Positions 41,915-54,479 are shown, counted from the first letter of the stretch. The stretch is 64,000 bases of DNA from Felis catus (GCF_018350175.1 NC_058368.1:139440001-139504000); one strand, 5' to 3'. Notes: generated by a model from the letters alone, not told the origin. Program-made: numbers and translations.

Positions 41915-43725
41915 ACTGCAAACTACTGGCATAAAAATAGACACACAGGTCAATGGGACAGAGTAGAGCCTGGAAATAAACCTACATATATATGGTCAAT
42001 TAATTTACAACAAAGAAGCCACAAATAAACAATGGGTAAATGATAATCTTTTTAATAAATGATGTTTTGAAACTGGATAGCCACATGCAAAACAGTGAAA
42101 ATGGACCACAATCTTACACCATACAAAAAATCAACTCAAAATGGATAAAAGACTGGATTGTAAGACCTGAAATCATAAAACTCCTAGAAAAAAACACATG
42201 GGTTAAGCACCAGAACATTGGTTTGGGCAATGATTTTTCGCCTTTGGCACCAAAAACCAAGGCAAAACAAGGAAAATAAACGAGAGCTACATCAAACTAA
42301 AAGCTTCTGCACAGCACAGGAAACCATCAACAAAATAAAAAGGCAAGCTACTGAATGAGAGAAAATATTTGCAAGTCATTTATCTCATAAGGGGTTAATA
42401 TTCAAAATACATAAAGAACACATATAATGCAATAGCAAATAAACAATCCAATTAAAAAATGGAAAAGGAACTAAAAAGACATTTTATTAAAGACAACATC
42501 CAGGGGTACCTGTGTGGCTCAGGCCTGTGTGACACTTGATTAAGTGTCTGACTTGATTTCTGCTCAGGACATGATCTTGCAGTATGCAAGTTCGAGCCCC
42601 ATGTTGGGCTCTGCGCTGACAGCTCAGAGCTTCCTTGGGATTCTCTCTCTCTCCCTCTCTTTCTGCTCTTCCCATGCACTTGCTCTCTCTCTCTCTCAAA
42701 ATAAATAAACTTCAAAAAAAGACATCCAAATGGCTAACCGGTACATAAAAAGGTAACCCACATCACTAATAGCATGAAAATGCAAATGAAAACCACAACG
42801 AGATATTACCTCACAAGTGTTATTTACAATGGCTACCATCACCACTTCTGGATATTTATCCAAAGAAAATAAAATTACTATCCTGAAAAGATATCTGCAC
42901 CTCCAAGGCCATGACAGCAATATTTACAAGAGCCAAGGCATGGAAACAACTTAAGTATCCACCGATGGATGAAAGGATAAAGAAATTTGGTATACAGTGG
43001 TGCCTGAGTGACTGAGTCAGTTGAGAGTTCAACTTTGGCTGAGGTCATGATCTCACAGTTCATGAATTTGAGCCCCACATCAGGCTCTGTGCTGACAGCT
43101 CAGAGCCTGGAGCCTGCTTCAGAGTCTTGTCTCCCTCTCTCTCTGTCTCTCTGCGATTTGCACTCTGTCTCGCTCTCCCTCGAAAATAAATGAACATTAA
43201 TAAAAAATTTAAAAACGAAAATTAGTGTGTGTGTATACATATATATACATACATACACATACATACACACATATACATACAAATACATACACACATACAT
43301 ACACACACAATGGAATATTATTCAGCCATAGAAAAGGAAATCCTGCCATTTGTGACAACGTGAAAGGACCTAAAGGGTATTATGCTAAGCAAAATAAGTC
43401 AGAGAAAGACAAACGCTGTATGATCTCACTTATATGTGGAATCTAAAAAAAAAAAAACCAAACTCATAGATACAGAGAACAGACTGATGGTTGTCAGAGG
43501 CCAGGGGGCGGGGTAGTAGGTGAAATGGGTGAAGGTGATCAAAAACTACAAACTTCCATTTATAAGATAAATAAGTCCTGAGAATGAAATGTACAGCATG
43601 GTAAATGTAGTTAACAATTCTGTACTGTATAGTTGAAAGTTGTTGAAAGAGTAACTCTTAGAAGTTCTCGTGACAAGAAAATTTATAACTGTGTAGTGAT
43701 GCATTTTAACTAAACTTATTTTAAA
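41915..43725 (+). mobile_element. LINE-1 3' portion (ORF2 C-terminus and 3'UTR) interrupted by two SINEs and a (CATA)n tract
   Basis: actggcataaaaatagacacac..., atcaaactaaaagcttctgcacagca, gatctcacttatatgtggaatct. Confidence 0.85.
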
Positions 43726-43961
43726 AAAGAATGAAAATTAGGATTAGGCTGAAATACACCAAATCTCCCATTACCTTTAAAAAAAAAAGTAGAAGAGTTT
43801 TCTGGGATAAAAAAATAACTGTATAGTAAATAAGGCAACAACAGTAAAAAATAAAGTTCTTCACTTAGGGATAACTGTACAGTAATGCTAATGTTCCAAT
43901 CATAGATTTATCTATAAAGTCTATAGCATATCTAGAGAGAAAGAATAATTTGCTAGCATAC

Positions 43962-44236
43962 CTGAAATTCTTAGTTGAGGACTTCTTATTTGTTTGATCC
44001 TCACAGACAAGTATCTTTTGTAAAATCTTTTCTGGCATCTTATACATGTCATCTGTGTGCTTTGCATCTCTTCCTGCTTTCAGTCTGGATGATCTCCTCA
44101 ACACGCACAGAGTGTCCTGGTCAGACCTATTTTCCAATGACTGTGAATTTTCCTTATTATTTAATAGTGAATCACAAGTGGTGACATTGTGATGAACTGA
44201 AGTTTGCAATCCAAATGGATTTGGATCTTCTAGAGT
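43962..44236 (-). CDS. ANKRD31: ANKRD31 internal exon (~exon 8), 275 nt, phase 0->2
   Basis: ttattgcAG|act cta gaa...ttcag|GTatgc; TLEDPNPFGLQT...VLRRSSRL...KSSTKNF(R); open. Confidence 0.93.
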
Positions 44237-45775
44237 CTGCAATAAGATGTAAACACATAAAGAAATAATTCTAGCAATGCAAAAAATCTGGAATGAGAAG
44301 AGGGGCACCTGGGTGACTCAGCTGGTTAAACCTCTGATTCTTAATTTTAGCTCAGGTCATGATCTCACAGTTCGTAAGTTCAAGCCCTGTGTCAGGCTCT
44401 GCGCTGACAGCACGCAACCTGTTTGAGAGTCTCTCCTCTCAATCTCTCTGCCCCTTCCCTGTTCGTGTGCACTGTGTCTCTCTCTCTTCCTATCTCTCTC
44501 AAAATAAATAAACATGAAAAAAATTTTAAATGAGAAGAAATTAAGTATTATCTTGTCCTTTGATTACATAAAAATGCCTCTTATAAGATGAAAGTACAAA
44601 AATTCACATAGTGAAAAATTTAATATTACAATAATAAAGGATAATGCAGATTTAAAAACCTAAGAGAAGAAGAGGAAAAATAAAAACTATTTTTACCACT
44701 ATTCATCCCTAAATTTCAAGGGTAAACCTAAGGTTACTCTAGGTGCTTTAATGTCACAGGAAATGGGTAGCAAAAAATGATGAGACATATAAAAACAATA
44801 GAAACGTCGCACTAGACCAGATCAATGTTCTATTCAGCCCAGTGTTTGTTGTTTGACAGTAGGAAGGATATTTTGTGGACAAGACAGTAGATAACTTCTG
44901 TTACATTAATTTTAAAAGATTACCAGTATATCATGAATGACTCTAACTTACCCTTAATAATACATTATAGATTTAACCTTCATGAAGATATAAGTATTTT
45001 TATACATATCATGTAAACCTTTCTTCAGCTTATTTATATATCCAGCTTACAAAGTTTTTTGGGGTATAAGTTCCATATTTTTATTACAGCTGAGTAAAAA
45101 GGTATTTAATTTGTTCTAAATCAATCTCTTTTTTAAAGAATTTCTTTTTTTTTGAACACTTGCTAATTCGTGCTCACTCTATTAATACCGATCAACTATA
45201 ATTTCCTACATTTTACTCATATTACCTCTTTTCAGATTAGAATACCACAATATTTAATTTAACCTTCATGCCCTATCCCCATGATTGGTTTTTATTTTTC
45301 TAGATTTTTTTAGTTTTATTATGTCTGTATTAGAATGCTTTTTATGAGAATTTCACGCAGCATTATGCCAGGTATGTATTCTTCAACATGAGCCTAGTAT
45401 CACGTTATATAAAGTGTCCCAGATATATTCATTAGAGTATCCTGGCAGTAGCCAAAAGCAAAAGAAGAAAAGAAAGAAAACAATCCAAATGATCATTAGT
45501 GAATTAGTTAAATAAATTATATTTTATACAATATATGTATACACACACACAAAATATCCATATAGTGGAATAGTATTCAGCATGTAAAAAGATTTAAGTA
45601 GTATGCTACACTTGCCGACACAGATAACCAAGATGTATTATTATTAAATTTAAAAAACAAGTTCCAAAATGTCAACTATACTTCAATTAAAAATATTTTT
45701 AAAAGTCACAAAGTATTATGTATAATAGAGTCTCATTTATATAAAGTAAACTTATATAAAATATGCACAGAAACA

Positions 45776-46005
45776 GGGGCACCTGGGTGGCTCAGTCAGT
45801 TGAGTGGATGACTTCGGCTCGGGTCATGATCTCACAGCTTGTGAGTTCAAGCCCCGCATCGGACTCTGTGCTGACAGCTCAGAGCCTGGAGCCTGCTTTG
45901 GATTCTGGGTCTCCCTCTCTCTCTCTGCCCCTCCCCCGCTCACACTCTGTCTCTCTCTTCCTCTCTCTCAAAAAATAAATAAACATTAAAAAAAAATAAA
46001 GAAAA
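45776..46005 (+). mobile_element. Can-SINE ~0.8 kb from the donor of the disrupted exon
   Basis: TSD aaaatatgcacagaaaca. Confidence 0.93.
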
Positions 46006-46089
46006 AAAATATGCACAGAAACAATTGGAGACAGATATACCAAACTGTTAATAGTGATTATTTCTGAAATGTGGAATTGTGGAGGACTT

Positions 46090-46116
46090 TTTCTTCTTCT
46101 TCTTCTTCTTCTTCTT

Positions 46117-46173
<57 letters not shown>
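46090..46173. repeat. Compound (TTC)n(TTA)n microsatellite
   Basis: Direct reading. Confidence 0.97.
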
Positions 46174-46175
<2 letters not shown>

Positions 46176-46810
46176 GTATTGCTGTAATATTTGATTTTTC
46201 TTTATAATCAGGATGCATTACTAATGCAGTCAGGAAAAACATTTTCTTTAAAAAGTAAAAAACCTGTCAACATAAAAAAGAGACTTGGCAAGCGGTAGCC
46301 CACTGCAGGGCCTCCAGGCATAATACTGCAGGGATTCTAAACCCAAGGAATTGCACCACTTCACAGGATCCTCAGACACAGACTTCAAAGTTCTGCTGAA
46401 GCCACGCATAACTTTTCCCTCTCTTGGAAGCTCAACCACATATGTTCTATCCTTAACCAGAAATTAATGTGCAATATCTCATCTCTACTCCACACCCAGG
46501 GAGACATAGTGATTTTCTGAGCTAATGGGAAAAATTCTGGTAAATTATTTCCTTCAAAAATACAAGCAATATAATGATACGGCTTCTCAGATCTTTTGGT
46601 GAGAAACTTATATATTTTGACATTTAGACGCCTTGAAAAGTCTATCCCAGGCATCTCTAGAAAGATCAGTTTATACTTTAAATTCAAAAGCATCTTCTGA
46701 GCATTGATATTTGGGTAGAAAATATGAATTTAAAATAAAGTATATGGGCAATGAAGACTTGCCAAAGGTCATTATAAAAGGCAAAATGACAGACTCATAC
46801 TTGCACTTAC

Positions 46811-47450
46811 ATGCTGCAGTGAAAGATGCTTGTCCTGCAGCTCAGCTAACTTAGAATCTTGGTCAAAAAGCCGAGGAGAACAAAGAGACTCCAAGTTCAT
46901 CTCTGTTATTTGTATACAATCTTCACCGGTCTAAGACATCTTGGGCTCCACTCCTAAACATTCATTTCCAGCAGTGAGACTGCTGCCTCCCTCTGTTTTG
47001 TGACAGATGGATCCCACAGTGGCTTCTGATAATGTGTTTAAGGCTGCTAACAATTCAGTTGGCAATGCATTATCCTTTGTGTTTTTTAGTAAATCTCTGT
47101 GACATGTCAAAGACACTGATATGGAACTTGGAGACTTGCTCAATGGGTTGGTCAACTCTTTAGGATCGAAATCACTCATTATTTCAAATAGTCTTTCCTC
47201 CTGAGTGATTTCTGGTGATGTGAGTGACCTTTCTAAGGTAGACACAAATGTTTTAAGAGAGCTTTCTTCATCTTTGGTTTCTTCAGAATTCATAGTCGAC
47301 ATGGCTTCATTTCTAGACTCAGAAAACATATTTGGTACTGCTAAGATCTTCTCTGGCTCTATTAACGATTTCTCCTTTACAACCACCACACTGGATACTC
47401 TAAGAGCAGTACGTGAGAATTTCAGGAGAGTCTCTGTCTGTGCTTAGTTC
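46811..47450 (-). pseudogene. ANKRD31: Disrupted ANKRD31 exon (~exon 7), 640 nt: frameshift near 47411-47420 (TAG at 47400-47402) and a second in-frame TAG at 46931-46933
   Basis: acacAG|GAA CTA AGC ACA GAC AGA GAC TCT CCT GAA ATT CTC ACG TAC TGC TCT TAG. The homologous frame (RTALRVSSVVVVKEKSLIEPEKIL...EESSLKTFVSTLE...LPTELLAALNTLSE) is shifted and ends at MS*TGEDCIQITE, where human has TSQTNEDCTQIAE. Donor cat|GTaagt. Length is 3n+1. Confidence 0.88.
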
Positions 47451-47829
47451 CTGTGTGTTCCAAATAGGAATTCCATCATTATAGCATATATAAAATATTA
47501 AAACTTCATAGTTTTCTAGTTTATCATCTTGGGAAATTACCACTAAAAAGTTTCAACAATTTCCTTCCGCTTCCATAAATAAAAACACTCTTTACTAATT
47601 TCCTATGCCAAATCACTAATGACTCTGAATGCATCTACAGTGGACCAAGAGTAAAAATGGATGGGTCATAATTATAGATGCCAATTATTTGTTTAGCTAA
47701 GATTAAATTATCTGTGCTTAAGAGAAGAGGCAGAGATGGCATGTATAGTTAAATTAGAAACTGATCTCAAAAATTCACTGGAGTTAATAACCATAAAATT
47801 CTCCTTTGTCTAAAATAACATTGAAATTT

Positions 47830-48719
47830 TATTTACTTATAATGTTTATTTATTTTTAAGAGAGAAAGAGCAGGGAAGGGGCAGAGAAAGAGGGGAACAG
47901 AGGATCTGAAGCAATCTTTGTACTGATGGCAGAGAGTCCAACATGGGGCTCAAACTCAAGATCATGACCTGAGCTGAAGTCAGATGCTTAACAGATCATG
48001 AGCCCCTTAATCACTACTAAATTTTTTTTTATTTTTATTTTTTAGCGTTTATTTACTTTTGAGACAGAGAGAGACAAAGCATGAACGGGGGAGGGTAAGA
48101 GAGAGGGAGACACAGAATCTGAAACAGGCTCCAGGCTCTAAGCTGTTAGCACAGAGCCCGACGTGGGGTTCGAACTCACGGACCGCGAGATCATGACCTG
48201 GGCCGAAGTTGGCCGCTTAACCGACTGAGCCACCCAGGTGCCCCACTACTAAATTTTTTAAAGATCAATAACCAGTAATAAATTTGGTGTAGTTTCACCT
48301 ACTTTTTATTCCCCACCTCAGTATGAATATGTAAATGTGAAATAAAAGGCCAAATGACAAAAGGTCAGAGGAAAACAGAGAAGAAATAAAGACATGGTTC
48401 TATGTAAATATTAAAAGCCCCAGGTATAAATCAACTGTGGTTGATTTAAACACATAAAACAAAGCTTATATTTTTAAGTGACTATTATTTTTCAAAGGCA
48501 TCATCTTAAAATTTTTTTTCAACGTTTATTGATTTTTGAGATAGAGAGACAGAGCATGAACGGGGGAGGGTCAGAGAGAGGGAGACACAGAGTCTGAAAC
48601 AGGCTCCAGGCTCTGAGCTGTCAGCACAGAGCCCAATGCGGGGCTCGAACTCACGGACCGCGAGATCATGACCTGAGCCGAAGTCGGCCGCTTAACCGAA
48701 TGAGCCACCCAGGTGCCCC
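47830..48719 (-). mobile_element. Three minus-strand Can-SINEs (~47830-48005, 48022-48244, ~48512-48719) near the acceptor of the disrupted exon
   Basis: SINE bodies with TSDs actactaaattttt and caaaggcatcatcttaa. Confidence 0.92.
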
Positions 48720-50596
48720 CAAAGGCATCATCTTAATAGGTTATACCTATTCTTATAGTTTTTCCAATGTTCAAAATATCATTAGACTTCCTCTTTTTAA
48801 ATTGGTTTCAAAAAATATTGATAAGCCACTCAAAAAAATGTCTCAATACTTTAAAGACACTGCACTTTTTTCTAACCATTAAAAACTGTTAATTTGCTTG
48901 ACCCTAAGTAACAGAATGAGTTTCAATGACTTTTGGCTATTTCTAAAAATCAAATCCACCTTCCAATGACCAGCACTCTAATAGAATGCATTGTAATTTG
49001 TAAGCCCTCCAATGTTCTGATTTGATTTGAATAAGAGAAGTGAAAACCATTTTATTCTTCCCATCCTTTCCAACTGCCACCATTTAACTTCTCTGTAAAC
49101 AGCATACAGAGTTTAAGAAGACATTTATTTATTAGTAAACTATAATTTGCTCACAAAAGTAAAAGGAATTTAGAAAAAATTCAAGAACCCAGATCCTATC
49201 CATTCTTTAAGTCACAGTACAAGGTCTCATTCCTATTTGAAGGCCTTATATCTACTAAATTCAAGGTCATTGGAGCACCTGGGTGGCTCAGTCAGTTGCA
49301 CATCTGACTTTGGCTCAGGTCATGATCTTGAGCTTCGTGAGTTCGAGCCCAGCATTGGGCTTGCTGCTGTCAGCCTGTAGGCACAGAGGCCACTTCAGAT
49401 CCTCTGTCCCCCTCTCACTGCCCCTTCCCTGCTTGCGCTCTCCCAAAATAAATAAATATTAAAAAATAATAAGAAGAATTAAAAAATAAAGTCATAGATA
49501 TAATAAAGTACATATGTTGGACTCTGCCCTAAAGGAACTTAATTTCTAAATGGAGATTGAAGGCATAAACACAAAGACATCAAATAAAGTATAAACAATG
49601 TCAAAAACACTTTATGAATTCAAATGAATGGCATAAACAAAAGAGCCTAGTGTTACAAGAAGTTTTCTGGGGGAAAAAACCAGAAGGTAGAAGAGGGTTC
49701 TCATGACTGCTTGAAGAATGGTTGGTTAAACAAAGTTAAGCAGGTTTCTTTACCATAAGACTTTTCAGAGCATGTGCATTAAAATCTCTGAGGAGACTTT
49801 AGGATATAGGTTCTCCAAATTTTTTTGTTCACAAATATCCTTTTTCTCAAGATCTCATCTACTAATGTCATAGGATGCAAGTGACTGAAAAATGCTGACA
49901 TAGTCAGTGAATAACGAATGCTTAAGAGGGAGCCATTACTTTGGTCAAGATTACCAGAGTCATCTGAGACAGATCCACACAGGAGAAAGGACTTGAACCA
50001 GAAATTAATTTGTGAAGGATTTAAAGAAGGGAAAAACACATATTAAGTACCACCTAGGTGCCAGACACCACGAACTATCATTGCTCTCAGTCCTCACAGT
50101 AATCTTGTGAAACATATTGCTACTGGTATTTTACACACGTAAATGGACACACTTGTCCTTGAAACACACACTATCTGGTTCCAAATGTTATGTTCTTTCC
50201 CTTGCTTTCTGGCTCCTGACTTAAACAAAAGCACGGAGATGGTAATGTATAACATATAGGTGAGATAAAATAAGGTACAAGTATGGCAGGGTGGACCTGG
50301 GGAGGTCCTTGACTACTTGAGTCTGTTGTGGGCAGAGTCAGTCTTACAGTTCTCTGATTCCCCATGGCACTCAGCAGAAAACAAAGCCAAAACAAGCACT
50401 CAACACATGGTTAGTGATTAGCGACTGAAGATGGGAAACAGTATCTAGCAGGAAATATTGAAGGAACTGGGGTAACACACAAACAGAAGGCATTTCTGCT
50501 ACACCATCTCAGCAATTAGTTTGATAATAAGTTACATACTTCTCCTCTAGATAAACGGTAAGAGACTAATAATGCTGGGTAAGAAACACAGATCAA

Positions 50597-53500
50597 TATA
50601 CAGTATAAGGAAGATGGCAGAATAGAAAGACCCTAAGCTCACTTCATTCCACAGATACAACTAGATAACACATCAGAGTAAATAACTCAGAAAACGACCC
50701 AAAGACTGGCAGGACAAACTCCATAGGTAAATATAGAGAAGAGGCCACACTGAAGAGTATAGGAAAGACAGAGATGCAGTGGGGAGCTAAACAGACCTGA
50801 GGAACCTTCCCTGAGGGAAGAACTCCAGGGGATGGAGGGAAGAACTCCAGGGGATGAAGAGAGGAGAGAAACATACCATCACACTGACGGGAAGGGACCC
50901 AGGTAAAATAAATCCCTGTAACGTTTGGCTTTGAAAACCAGAGGGGCTGAATTTCATGGGTTTTCACAACCAGTGGGACTTAAAACCTAGAACTTTAAAA
51001 ATCAATAGGCTCACCTCTTGGAGAGCCAGGAGGGTAAAAGGAAACTAAGTCCCCACACTTACAGAGACAGCACAAAAAAACAGCCTACAGAGATATACCA
51101 TAGAAGCAGCAGTTTGGAAAATACTTGGGGAACAGGGGTGGGGAATTTGTTTACTCATCTCAGAATGTGTGCCAGAGGTGCAGGGATAGCTGGAAGACTT
51201 CTCCAGGAACAAAGTAGCTGGCAGGTGCCATTTCCTTCCCCATACTAAACACCTGGCCATATAGGGGGACCAGTGGGATACAGACAGTTGCTACCTACCT
51301 TCTAACAATACACCTGCTCCCATGGATTTTATGGATCCTCCCTTCCAACCCTACCAGGCTTGGTCCCCACCTGTACAGGACTGGGAGCAAATCTTGGTAA
51401 CACTGTGGTCCCACCACTAAGCACTTTTTGGATCCACCCCCTCCAAAAAGCTCTCAGTCACAGCCCATCCAAAGAGATGCAATTAAGACTCCGTACAAGC
51501 TGCCCTGACAGGGGCCAGCACCACTTCAAAAGAGACTCCTGCCCCAGGGAGAAAGAAAAACCACAACATACACCAGTCTAAATGCAGCCCCAGTAGTGGG
51601 TGAGGGGCAGACTACAGCTTGCAGCTTGGAGCCTACTTCAGATTCTGTGCCTCCCTCTTTCTGCCCCTCCCCCACTTATACTCTGTCACTCTCTCTCTTT
51701 CTCTCTCTCAAAAATAAATAAACATCAAAAAAAAGAATAATTAATATCTATTGTTCTCAAACTATTCTAAAAAATGAAGAGGAAGGGAAGCTATCAAATT
51801 AATTCTAAGAGGCCAGTATTAACCTGATACCCAAACCAGATAAAGACATCACAAAAAAAAATGACAGGCCAGTATCTCTGATGAACACAAATGCAAAAAT
51901 CCTCAATAAAATGTTAGCAAACTGAACCTAACAATACATTAAAAAATCATTCACCCCAGTCAAGTGGGATTTATTCCCAGGATGCAAGGGGTGGTTCAGT
52001 ATTTACAAAACAATCAACATGATATATCACATTAACAAGAGAAAGGATAAAAACCATATGATCATTTCAATCAATGCAGAAAAAACATCTGACAGAGTAC
52101 AACACCTACTCATGATAAAAATCCTCAACTAAGTCGGTTTAGAGGGAACATACCTCAACATAATAAAGTCCATATAGGAAAACCCACAGCTGATGCCATA
52201 CTCACCTAGGTTAGGAATGAGACAAGGATCCCCACTCTCACCACTTTTATTAGTGGAAGTCCTAGCCACAGCAATCAGATAACAAAAAAGAATAAGATAT
52301 CCCAACTGGGAGGAAGAAGTAACACTTTGACTATTTGTAGATGACATGATACTATATTTAGAAAAACCTAAAGACTTCACCAAAAAACTACCAGACCTAA
52401 TAATTCAGAAGGTTGCAGGATAAAACATTAATATACAGAAATCCATTGCATTTCCATTAACTAATAATAAAGAAGCAGAAAGAGAAATTAAGAAAACAAT
52501 CCTATTTACAACTGCACCAAAAAGAGTAAAATACCTAGGAATAAACCTAGCCAAGGAGGTAAAAGACCTATACTCTGAAAACCATAAAGCACTGATAAAA
52601 TAAATTGAAAACAACACAAAAAAATGGAAAGACATTCCATGCTGATGGATAGGAAGAACAAATATTGTTAAAATGCCCTTATTACCCTAAGCAATATACA
52701 TATTTAATGCAATCCCTATCAAAATACCAACAGCATTTTCCACAGAACTACAACAAATAAACCTAAAATTTGTATGGAACCACAAAAGACCCCAAATAGC
52801 CATCTTCATTCCAAAGTTAATAACTTTTGGATTTCTCACATTTCATTTTTCATCCTAGGCTGGTGGCAGATAATCAGGTTAACCAGTATACACAGTGATA
52901 AGCAAATCTCCACAGGTCCTAAAATGTAAACAAGTTCACACACACTTTTTTATCAGAAATAGTGCTTGGAAGGACCTATTTTTTATATTACGTTTTTAAA
53001 AACAGGTAGTCCTTAAGTGACTTTGTTTCAAAAGTTCACATGTGAGCTATGTGATGTTTAATTAACTGGTGTTGACTTCAAACAATAAAAATTCATTAAA
53101 AGCCATATTGATACATTTAAAAAAAAAAAAAAAAAAAAAAGACCCTGAATAGCCGAAGCAATCTTGAAAAAGAAAAATAAAGCTGGAAGTATCACAATCC
53201 CAAATTTCAAGTTACACTACAGAGCTGTCATAATCAAAACAGTATGGTATTGGCACAAAAACAGACACACAGATCAATGAAAGAGAATAGAAAGCCCAGA
53301 AATAAACCCATGATTATATGGTCAATTAATCTTCAACAAAGGAGGCAAAAAAATGAAATGAGAAAAAGTCTTCAAAAAATGGTGCTGGGAAAACTGAATA
53401 GCTACATGCAAAAGAATGAAACTGGACCACTGATACCATACACAAAAAATAAAATCAAAACTGATTAAGAACCTAAATGTGAGACCTAAAATCATAAAAA

Positions 53501-54267
53501 TCCTAGAAGAGAACCCAGGCAGGAATGTCTCTGATATCAGCCATAGCAATATTTTTCTAGATATGGTTCCTAAAGCAAGAGAAACAAAAGCAAAAATAAA
53601 CTCTTGGGACTACAAATAAAAAGCTATGCAGCAAAGGCAACAATTAACAATCAACAAAACTAAAAGACTGAATGGGAAAAGATATTTGCAAATGACATAC
53701 CCAATAAAGGATTAGTATCTAAAACATATAAACAATGTATACAGAAGTGCCCGGGTGGCTCAGTCAGTTAAGCATCTTACTGACTCTTCATATCAACTCC
53801 AGTCATGATCTCACGAATTGTGAAATTCCAAATTATAGAAGCAGTGCAAGTCCATTGATAGATGGATAAAGAAGAAATGGTATATACATAATGGAATATT
53901 ACTCAGCCATAAAAAGGAATGAAATCTTGCCATTTGCAATAAATGGATGGATCTAGAGTATAATGCTAAGCAAAGTAAGTCCGTCAAAGACAAATACCAT
54001 ATGATTTCACTCATGTGGAATTTAACAAAACAAATGAACAAAGCAAAAAGAGACAAACCAAAAAACAGTTAACTATAAAATACAAACATGCTTATGGGGG
54101 GGAGGGAGATGGGGGTAGGGGTGAAATAGGTGAAGAGGATTAAGAATACACTTAATTCTTAATCTTGATTAACACTGAGTAATTTATAGAGTTCTTGAGT
54201 CACTACATTGTACACTTGAAACTAATATAACACTCTGTGTTAATGACACTGGAATTAAAATACAAAA
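50597..54267 (+). mobile_element. Carnivore LINE-1 with 5'UTR, internal deletion of ORF1 and 5' ORF2, degraded RT region and 3'UTR
   Basis: aagatggcagaatag-type 5' end; ORF2 motifs such as ctatttgtagatgacatgat (LFxDDM); 16-nt TSD aagaaacacagatcaa at 50581-50596 and 54268-54283. Confidence 0.88.
52802..53136 (+). other. Unidentified polyadenylated retro-insertion (3'UTR-like) inside L1 ORF2
   Basis: AATAAA 53084-53089, ATTAAA 53095-53100, A-run 53119-53140; 18-nt TSD aaaagaccc(ca/tg)aatagcc at 52784-52801 and 53137-53154; L1 ORF2 resumes afterwards. Confidence 0.85.
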
Positions 54268-54479
54268 AAGAAACACAGATCAAGACAATACTATTAAAGA
54301 TAAAGGAAGAACAAATACTGGAAGGGGTTGTTAGACAAGGATACATTTCTATTTATTGAAATGGTTTAGTCATATTCTCACAGAGGGAAAGAATCTAAAT
54401 GGCTAAACTTTAATCAATATAATGTTTTAAAAATCTAAACACATGATCTGCATAGCCAATCTCTGTTATATAAACCAAC

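Noticed and set aside
46048..46242. Poly-N/poly-K ORF
   Set aside because: Translation of the (TTC)n(TTA)n microsatellite.
46801..46810. Second donor (GTATGAG) 10 nt beyond the main donor
   Set aside because: Gives a 650-nt exon (3n+2) and does not rescue the frame.
47385..47402. Alternative acceptors (ctcttAG, ttagAG, atccAG) that might bypass the frameshift
   Set aside because: None enters the homologous frame in phase 0, and the TAG at 46931-46933 would still terminate translation.
50813..50856. 22-bp tandem duplication gagggaagaactccaggggatg (similar small duplications at ~30916 and ~61332)
   Set aside because: Two-copy slippage events; no array or spacer structure, so not CRISPR-like.
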